Below are positions 28,901 through 38,700 of a stretch of DNA of 48,396 nucleotides, in pieces (position 1 is the first letter of the stretch; the number at the start of each line of letters is the position of its first letter). The translations under genes were made by a program, and so were the position numbers. The stretch is from Lenisia limosa (lineage: Eukaryota; Protista; Breviatea), in the NCBI GenBank assembly GCA_001655205.1, contig LPNZ01009187.1, forward strand, positions 1 through 48,396. The letters run 5' to 3'. The notes below the pieces were generated by a model. It was not told where the DNA came from. It saw only the letters and a list, made by a program, of their open reading frames with translations, and ran no database searches.

Positions 28901-29231
28901 ACACGTTAAAGTATAATATTGGGTCAAACATGTGGTGTTACTGCTGCAAACCTGAAATATTATGTTCTAAACTCGCTGTCGATAATTTTCTGATACTGTT
29001 GGAACTGAAGTGGAGGATAAGTTGAAACTGTAAAAGACTCTTTCCCAAGCTTACAGCAGATGAAACGTCGCCAAGGTCACAGGGTGGAGTTTGGCATTCA
29101 ACATTAAGCAACGTGGGAGGGAGGCACCCCCCCCATACTACACCTGAAAATAAGCTGACTTTGTCAACAACCGCCCTACCAAAAGAAGCTAGAAGGAACA
29201 CGAGTAAGGGTGGCTGCCCCCACCCCTTCAT
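25940..29231 (-). CDS. Type I membrane protein: signal peptide, Cys-rich/EGF-like ectodomain, TM helix, low-complexity cytoplasmic tail
   Basis: Signal-like MKGWGQPPLLVFLLASFGRAVV; Cys-rich exons including EGF-like CFKDCVHGTLDQDECVCDCEALYDGDALCQ; LYYFDDSANDWIMAYPECG; TM WKIFFVVTGALLIGVVCACIML followed by RRRKR; tail ends ..KVSQTSQTALLS-TAA. Confidence 0.7.
27399..27518 (-). repeat. Family 2 dispersed intronic repeat
   Basis: aatgagaaataaaaaataaagatgtatctggccgaagccgtccacccatcacgcttataag...acaactctgtgcacacagc...gcctccccca, shared with copies at 27688, 33751, 37054 and 40814. Strand is arbitrary, chosen so the AT tail is 3'. Confidence 0.8.
27688..27750 (-). repeat. Family 2 repeat, partial second copy in the same intron
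   Basis: aatgagaaataaaatataaagatgtatctggtcaaagccgtccaccatcacgcttataagaga, nearly identical to 27399-27461. Confidence 0.8.
28753..28818. repeat. 33-bp tandem duplication (2 copies) across a 3' splice site
   Basis: gaggctggtcacaaggcttggattctagggggt / gaggctggtcacaaggcttggattcaagggggt, one mismatch. Confidence 0.9.
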
Positions 29232-29795
29232 GTGGGCCCTTTAATTCGAAAAATTCTTCAAAGAGTGTTAAATAATTAAATACAGGGGATCAAGAAGGTA
29301 ACTCGTCGGTTTACAGCAGTTGTGATATGATGATATGAAACACAGAGCTACAGGGTTATCAGTATTTTGTCTTCGTCCCCACAATACGTTCTCTAAGGTT
29401 ACAGTCTATTTCAGGTCTGTTGTTTATTTATTTTACATAAACAATAATGAGTAAAAGAGTTGTTTGGATTGTGATTTTGTTGTGATTTCTTTCCTTTATA
29501 TTAATAAAGTTCTAATTAAAATAACTACAAGTGGTTGATTAGTGAAAAGAGAAAATGGAAAAAATCATTTTCTTTATGATTCAACAACAATAATAAAAGT
29601 TGAAAAGTTGAAAGAGGAAAAGCCTACATAAGTAGCAGCTAATGTTCAGAAAAGTGATAATATCTGAAGGTTCTTGAGGTCAACAAATGCAATTTGTACG
29701 TCTATAAACATAATAGTGAATTATATCTAATTTGAAGCGGCTTGATTCGGACTGGAGGTCCGGAGCCGAGTGTAATCCTAACTTCGGTGTTGATC

Positions 29796-32700
29796 ATGCC
29801 AACCTATATCGTTGTGCTTCTGGCCGCTCTCGTTTACCTCGTCTCAGGTTAGTAATGGACTCTTTTGAAAAGCATACATCCCTTGTTTCGGATTTCGTAT
29901 TCAATGGGACCATGGTATAACCCTTATTTCTCGGTCCAACTGACACTATCTTTTTGCATATATCACCAAATCAGGCAGCGAAGAAGTATCGTCTCCCACG
30001 TATCTCGGCGGAGTCGGCCTTAACCTCGGAAATGTCTTTGGTATCACGAACTACGAATCCAACATGTAAGCGCACTGACTTACATATATTCTTGCGGAAC
30101 AACACCTTCGGATGTATACCAATCCTTGGCTACTGGGTAATAGTCACCTTCTAGGACTCAGGTAATGAAGGGAGTTGCCGAAGCAGAGAAAGCATGGGCA
30201 CCAGTTTTATGGCAAGATGCTATCATCACAATGTGTAAGCTGGATATGCGGATGATACAGAATGCAGAAAACCGTGGTATTAGATGATAGAGGATGACCG
30301 TACATACCAAAATGGAAAATTAGTCGTAGATAAAGTTAGCCACATCTACTTAAATCATCCTTCATAACACCGTTGCTTGCTTTGATCCCAACCAGTGTGT
30401 TTTTTGAATACTCCATTGTACTGAGGAGAACTCCACCTATGTATGAACTTGTTAAATGAATTATTATCATGAAAACAAGTTGACCCCCTAGCAAATTCCA
30501 CAATTGAGTTGATCGGCCATGATGCTGCAACTGAATCGTCTCTGTCAGCAACCCTTGGCCTTCCTGCCACCAGTAGGCACCGCTCCTCCCCTTCTCTTAT
30601 CCCCTCTGTTCCTCTTCGTAACTCCACCCTCCACCATGGTGTTTACCTAGGTCTTATTGCTTAGTAACCCACATGTGCCCCATTGGGTCAACAGTCATGC
30701 TAGCTGCCTCGGTTGAAGACGCCATTGTTTACATGGCGTGTATGCTGGGTCTTCCTGAGAGAGTAATGGACCAATTTTGTTACCTAAAGACGATATATGT
30801 AGAAGTGCTGATGGAGGGCTGTCTTTTTTTTTACTTTTCCTTTTAACGGTTTAGGTATGAGTTTTCTTTATGCGTACTCACCTCAACCAACCCCTGACTT
30901 CTTAAATGTGGGTTATGGTATATTTTTGAAACCTTTTGAAAGTTATCAACCCATTTAAAATGTTTTGGTATTCAATCTGTTGCTTTCACCCTAATCTTCC
31001 AGCATACTGTCGCTTTTTCTGAAAACTTGCGTTTCTTTGACTTTGGGACAGCCATAACGAACATCTTCGCCTTACAGCAGGTGCGTGTAGTGGTATTTTT
31101 TCAACAGACTTCGCCACCCATTCTTTACCACTTCATCGTTTAGGGCGTGGTGATTACTTCTGGCAATAGTGGGCCAGATGAATGTGTCTAGGTATTTGTC
31201 ATAAACTAGGATTGGCCTGTTATAGGATCGATTTATTCTATGATTCTCATTAATCTCTGTTTTTTTCTTGTCCCGAATTGATTTTTAATAATGGACTTGG
31301 GTCCCAAAAAGAGATCTGTTAACTCCCTCTTTCCTCACCATTCAGCAATGAAAATATTTGGCGTTAATAGAGGTGATCGATTCGGCTCCTCTTGGAGCCC
31401 TACAATGTTGTTCAGTATGAGCAACGATATCGTCGACGTGGTTTCACAGAGGGCGAATAGAACATTAGTATTGCTGAACGATGGTGGGATGGGCAGATAT
31501 ATTATATGACATCTGATAATTTAGTATTTCTCACATCATAGGAACGCTCTTCACCATTGGGGCTGATGTGTTTCCACCTTACACCACAAAGCCTCTCACA
31601 GCAATACTGACAGAAGTACAAGGCTTCCAGTACCTTGACGATGAAGACACCCTCTTCATACTCAAAGGTCTGGCTGTTCAGAAAATAACATTACATTCTT
31701 TGAATGCATATAAATTTCGATCACAAAAACAACCCACCTTCAAGGTGATTATTGCTTTCCTCCTCTTTTTTTAACTTTCCTCCTCTTTTTGTTTTTGTTT
31801 TTCTTCTCTTTTTCTCCTTCTTTTTTTCTTTTCCTCATTTTATCTTTTCTATTCATGTAACCTTTCAGATGGGAAAGTGCAATGTAATTGTGGGCGCTCG
31901 CGTGAGTTCTCCTTTGGCCTTTCATCAAAGACTGGCTTTTCTGTTGTGGTTTGCGAGGGACTGTTTGACAGTCTCAAAAAATGACGGATTCACACCGAAT
32001 ATCAGTAGTAACAGCCTGTTCGCTCAATAGGAAAGAACGAACGGATTAACAATATTTATTTACCCCAACTATTGTTGTGTATCCTAAAACTACTACAGTA
32101 ATGTTGTAGCCCAACCTTGGAGAGAGCCCTATCACAGATTTCGCAATCAATAAGAACCTGCAGATCACTACGCTTGCTGGTGGTAGGCTGTCAGGGCTTG
32201 AGAGCTGATAAATACCAATTTTCCATCAATCTTATTTGTGAATATGCAATTCTTCCTGTTTCATTTTTATGTGTTCTTAAAGTGTTTTTTTTTTACCTTC
32301 TAGGGGTAGTGTATGGACACGGGCTGAACCACAACCGCATTTTAGACTCACAACAGTCGGTCAACTCGCTGATATGGCAAAAGGTTTGACGTTGCGTACT
32401 CAATGTAGTATTTGGCCGGATTAGTTTCTCACTTCCTTCCTCCCCATCACTCCTTGTTTTTCAGTATTATACTGGAGTAACGGGTTACAGGGTAGCATAA
32501 TCGACTGTATGTGGTTTATTCAGCCAATATTCGAGTTTTGTCTTTGTTTACAGTGATGGGATGCGGTGCTGCAGAAGCGATTAGCCTGGGCTTTGNNNNN
32601 NNNNNNNNNNNNNNNNNNNNNNNNNNNNNNNNNNNNNNNNNNNNNNNNNNNNNNNNNNNNNNNNNNNNNNNNNNNNNNNNNNNNNTCATCATTCTCAGCG

Positions 32701-35700
32701 GTGAATAGCGACACTTCCATTGTTGGCGTGTCCATGGCTGAGAACTATGGAACGCCGAGAGTAACGTCACTCTATTTTCGGTTTGAAGGCCTTGTTTATA
32801 GTGTCTTTCAATAATAATTAATATGATATGTCGTGTACAAGTAGTACATGATATATCAACGGTTTCTATGATTAAACTTTTCTAATTCCCCTGTAGAGAC
32901 CCTGGTCAGGTAATCTTACCGAGTGGTCACCCCTACAAAGTACTTACTGAGGACCTCTGTACCTTCATTTTGATAGACGGTAGGTCTTAAAACTAATATT
33001 ACTGATCAAGAGAAAGGCAACTATTTTCATCAGCCTAATTATCAGCTTTGTCCAATAAATGATATCCAAGTTACATATGCTACATAGGGTTATATCGATT
33101 ACCATATTCTGTATTAGTACATAATTACCCGTATTTTGCTTCATTTGTTATCATGTCATATGGGTTGAACCAGCATACTTTATATCATATGTTTTATGTC
33201 GCTTCTTTTCGTTTGCTTGATAGATTTTCAATGATTTACTTTCTTGTGTCATCGTGATGTGGTGAACGGTTGATTATCATTTGTCGCATTATCCTCTCAT
33301 CTTGTAGATTTGGATTATTACCGCAACCCTGAATTTGTTGTTTACTTTTCCGGTTCCTTCGACTGCTTTAAAAAGTATAACATTATGTCACCGGTTGGCA
33401 CAAATGAGTCTTTTCCTCTTTTTTTGGGCTGTTTCGGATGCTAATAGGCTAATAATGGGTTGAATCTCTCAGGTACAACTTATTCTGATCAAATAACTGA
33501 CTCATCACTTTGACACTTAGAATACTTTAATGTACAGGTACAGTTTATTTGGTCTTTCTAACACATTACACTTGCCTTTTGTTAAAAAAAATAAAATAAT
33601 GAAATTTAGGAAGGATCGTACCCGAACAATATGATAGAAGGCTACTTACAACTGACAATTGGGAAAGATCTTCTCAACATCTTCCTCACAGACACCGCCC
33701 TCATTCTGGAATGTACGCTTCCACAGTATTATATTATTTTATATTATGGTAATGAGAAATAAAAAATAAGGTTGTATCTGGCCGAAGCCATCCACACCAT
33801 CACGCTTATAATAGTTGGATTATAGTATAATATTAATTCACCCAATCATTTGCCTACAACTGTGTACACAGCTTTCTGCGCGCCTCCCCAGCATATCATT
33901 TATAGTTATGGATATTATTGATGTACGCCTCTGTGCTTCCTTACTCTTTAGACGAATCTGTGTTAACTGTTAAAAAAAGCTCGGGAGACACGACTGTGAG
34001 AGGGGATTTGTCTTCTAATTTTTCTTCCTGACACTTTTTATTTTATGACAGCATTTTTTTTCTCATTTTTTAAGTACCCACGTCCCATCGAGGACTTCAT
34101 CAAAGGCATTACCAACTACGATGATACTGTGATTGTCTGGACGGCCAAGGGGGAGGTTGGTGTCTTCGTGTCAACACCTAGCGTAACGATTATAGGCCTA
34201 CATCCTCGGCAGCTTCTCCAACGCTCTCGGATACAACGCTGCCGATATTGCTGGACAGGATGTGTTCCACTCCTGTAGGACGGGGTTGCTCTTTTTTTGG
34301 CTCCACTTTGGTCAAAAAGAAGATGACTTAACCAATTTCAGATAAGGATATTGACCCCTACTGTCCTTCATATATAGCAGGCACCATCCTCAGATACGCT
34401 TAACTGATCTCACAATTCAGTTCTTCCGTTCCATCAAACACTGTGGCCGATCAACGATGTGAATCTCTTTTCCAATGGTGGTTATCTTCAATCAGGTTTG
34501 CTGAGGGTTCGACAAAGACTGAGAATAAATCTATAGCTAAGATTTTTATCTTGAAACTGGTCATTATGAGGGGAAAGAGATTTGCTACTTTGTCTCTTTG
34601 GCTGAAAAATCCTCAAATGTTTGTCTTCTCTTATCAATTCCTATTTTCCACCGCACCTCCCCACTGACCACTCACGAGTACAGGCTCGCAGCTCTATGTT
34701 ATGGGCTATGCCTGCGGCCCTTCTTCAGTCACCAGCAACCAGTATCAGTCCTATGCGTCGATAAGTGAGCCGTTGGACTCCCCGAACTCATAGGGTTTTT
34801 CTGCTCTGAACCACCAATCCGCTCCATCCCGAATAGAAAAGAAACGGTGAAAATATGTCCATTTTCTGTGGATAGCTTTAGCCCCCCCCCCCCCNNNNNN
34901 NNNNNNNNNNNNNNNNNNNNNNNNNNNNNNNNNNNNNNNNNNNNNNNNNNNNNNNNNNNNNNNNNNNNNNNNNNNNNNNNNNNNNNNNNNNNNNNNNNNN
35001 NNNNNNNNNNNNNNNNNNNNNNNNNNNNNNNNNNNNNNNNNNNNNNNNNNNNNNNNNNNNNNNNNNNNGGACTTCATATTATTTGGGCTTCACTTTGCTT
35101 CAAAAAAAGACTGAATTTCTCTCTAAATCCTCGAAAACTATCGATATTTTATCGGTCTTTTTAGGACCGAAGTGAAGCCCCATATATTAATACATGACTT
35201 GATAAAGATGGAATTCAAGGGATATAAATATTGCTAAAAGGTGCTTAAACAAAGATTGTTTTACCGGGACCTTATTTTCATTCCCTTAGACGGCTCAGCA
35301 GCGTATTCATGTCAAAAGTCATACAGTGTTTGTAGCAGTAAGGGGGGGGGGGGCAGCTTTGGTTGTNNNNNNNNNNNNNNNNNNNNNNNNNNNNNNNNNN
35401 NNNNNNNNNNNNNNNNNNNNNNNNNNNNNNNNNNNNNNNNNNNNNNNNNNNNNNNNNNNATACCCCATGCGGTAAGCTCAGAAGACAATCCAAATGACCT
35501 GGCCAAATATTTGAGTGCTTTGGATGGATTTTCATTTATTTGTTGTTGTTTATCTCATTCTACAGTTGATGAGGTGGCGAATCAAGTTGCTGTTGAGGGC
35601 TATGTCAGTAACTATAAAATGACGAATCTCCCTTTCCCTGCTTACTCTTTTAACAACGCTGAGTCTTTCAACACGTTCTTGGTCAAAGGTATGCCCATGA

Positions 35701-38700
35701 GTGTCATGCTTCACTCAATTGTCATTTTCTTCTTACTTTTAGAATTTACTGGTGCAACTCATATTTCTTTCCTACCAATTTATGCCATGGAAACTGTGGA
35801 TGTTACAAATACGGTGCGTGGTTGATTCAAGCTTCTCAACAACTTCCCCCCCTTCCGCTATTTTAGTCTATTATTTTTACCACTTTCAGGTTGTCCTTCC
35901 CGACATAATGCTCTACGAGGACAACCCTATGTTTTTCATTGAAGATGGCCCTGGTGTTATCATTCCGGTACATGGGGGGGGGGGCGTTAGAAGAGGGGAA
36001 TGAAGATTTACCAGTCTTTGTAAGACACCGGAAGATTATTTCTGGGTTTTTCCTCACTCTCTGTTAGAACGTCACTGTTTCCTTCGAGTCCTCATCCTCT
36101 ACGTACTCGGCCAAGATTCCACTCAAGGGATATGCTAACAAACAGCTCATGGTGTGTGGGGTTGTGGTAGTGGCCTTTTCTCGCAGACAATTCCATAGAT
36201 GGAAGTAATGGTGGAAGGATTGACACACATTCTTCGGCGCAAAAGTCTTGCAGTCTTGCAAGAAACAGGGGCGATTCCATTTTGATCTTCAACGGCTGAC
36301 ATTTCAGCTTCAAGCTGTTGGCCGCACATTTGACCTCGGGCCCATCACTCAGCTGACTATCCTGCAATGTGCCACATACACGTACACGTACCCTACCCTC
36401 ATTGACAACTATGTCAAGCTCAAGGTCTTTGACCATGCGGACCCTGAAATTCCCGTCACGGTACCCTGGTTTTTTCTTCACGTTTCATCATCTATTCCCT
36501 CTTGCTCTATCCCTCTTGTTAATATTCATTTCTTCGGACCATCTTTCTACCCCCTTTTTTTTGTCCAATAAGTCTGCTATCGATCATCAATTCTACATTT
36601 GGGCACAATAAAAGGGACAATGAATATATACTATGATGTTTACTTGAGAACTCCAATCCCCAACAATAAAGTTCAACTAACCCATTAGTTCCGGTTTGGG
36701 GCCAACTACAAAGTGACTGCCTTGCCGTTCTCTGGCAAGAAGTACCAAGTCTTTACTCCCTCGGTCCCGGGAAATGTAGGCCGTTTTGTTCCTGACCTTA
36801 TAATATCATGTCATATCAAGGATAATCCTCATCAGCATTATTGTTCAGTGTTTCGGTCGGATGTAACCTTCCATATTTCTCTAAAGTACCAGTTGATGAT
36901 ACTCACCCCCTCCCTGCAGTACTACGTTACAGCCTCGCCCACTACTGAGGATAACCCGGACCACTACTCGACAAGTGACAAGTGCGAAAGCAGGCCAATG
37001 TAGGCACTTCGTTTATTGTTTACTAGGATCGAGTTATGACAGGTTGTTATAATCTGGGGAGGCACGCAGGAAGCTGTGTGCACAGAGTTGTAAGGCAAAT
37101 GATTGGGTGAATTAACATCTTACTATAATTCAATTTCTCTTATAAGCGTGATAGTGTGGACTGCTTCGGCCAAAAACAACATTGTTTTTTATTCGCTATA
37201 TATTACACATATTATATACTATACTACATATCATATACAATTTCGCCATCTCATTTTGATCCATAATAAGCGGATTGTTTGCTGGGGTTACTTCGTACTC
37301 TGCCCTTGAGCAAATGAGTTTTGTTTTATACATTGACATGTGTGTACTCTGGTGGTGAAGGTGGTAGCTTTGTGTTTTGCTGTCACAAAAGCTCACCCCC
37401 CCCCAGGTATAGCGATTGTGGGCCCTCGTCCGCGTTCGTTACTGTTCTCAGCCCCTTGGTCATCACGTCTTTGAGTCACACGGTGCGTCCTTCGGGACCA
37501 TGAGAAAATTCGAAACCGAAAGCCTAAATAATATTGGAACAATCTAGAAATCACAGTAATCACAACCGTCGGATTATTTGAGTTCCACAGCCTCTTGGTG
37601 GATGACCCCCCCCCCCCCCCNNNNNNNNNNNNNNNNNNNNNNNNNNNNNNNNNNNNNNNNNNNNNNNNNNNNNNNNNNNNNNNNNNNNNNNNNNNNNNNN
37701 NNNNNNNNNNNNNNNNNNNNNNNNNCTACGACGTTCCAATAGAAAACATCGCTATTTATGTCAATGAGTGAGTGGGCTTTCTGAAATTTTGTTCAACGTC
37801 ATTTTTAGAGATCCATCTCGAGGCACTCCCCATATTAATCCAGCTTGCTCTAACTTCCTGTAGTGATATCCGGTTCTTCACAACCAGCTCCAGTACGTAT
37901 GAGGACACCGAGTTTACCATCACTCTGCCAAACCCAGCTCCGGCAACTATTGTTGTCAAGGCCATGTATGGGGTTAAGTATTGTGGCTTTTCTTAATGCT
38001 CATTACCTTGTTCAGATCGAGATATATCATATCTCAAATTATTGCAGAAATGTTCCATTGTTATCTTATCCAAACCTAGGTACAGGCACACGAAAGATCC
38101 AAACTGGTCCAATGAAGAAATCATTTTGGTGAGTTGGCTGCTTGTTTGTTTTCTGCCTTCCTATTTCAATAAGGCCGTGTACTCCGACTATTTCTTATCC
38201 CCCCCCCCCCTATGGGATGCGGCGCTGCAGAAGCGACTGGTCTGGGCTTTGTTTGTTTTGTTGTTCTCAACCCTTGTGTGTTGTCAGCNNNNNNNNNNNN
38301 NNNNNNNNNNNNNNNNNNNNNNNNNNNNNNNNNNNNNNNNNNNNNNNNNNNNNNNNNNNNNNNNNNNNNNNNNNNNNNNNNNNNNNNNNNNNNNNNNNNN
38401 NNTGCCTAAGTGAGGAATTATACCTAAATTGGATCGAGGCAGGTCCATTTTTTGACCATTAATCCCCAATTATTCAATTTTTCTATTCCTTCGTTTCACC
38501 CCGCTCCCAGACGCTTGTGGCGGGAACAAAAGACAAGGCCCTTGTCCCTGATATTGCCGTCATGGCTATGGTCACTGACATGTCTGTCGACCCGTGGGTT
38601 ATGAGGGAACTGGGCTTAATCGAATTAAATATTCCAAGGGGGCGCTGGAGATATCGAAATGCTTCGTTTTTTTTTGTGAATCCTTTCCGTTTAGGGGTAT

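Noticed and set aside
31340-31905. FG-GAP (integrin alpha) repeats suggested by GDRFGSS and GKCNVIVGAR
   Set aside because: The motifs are incomplete and lack the DxDxDG loop. A generic beta-propeller blade explains them equally well.
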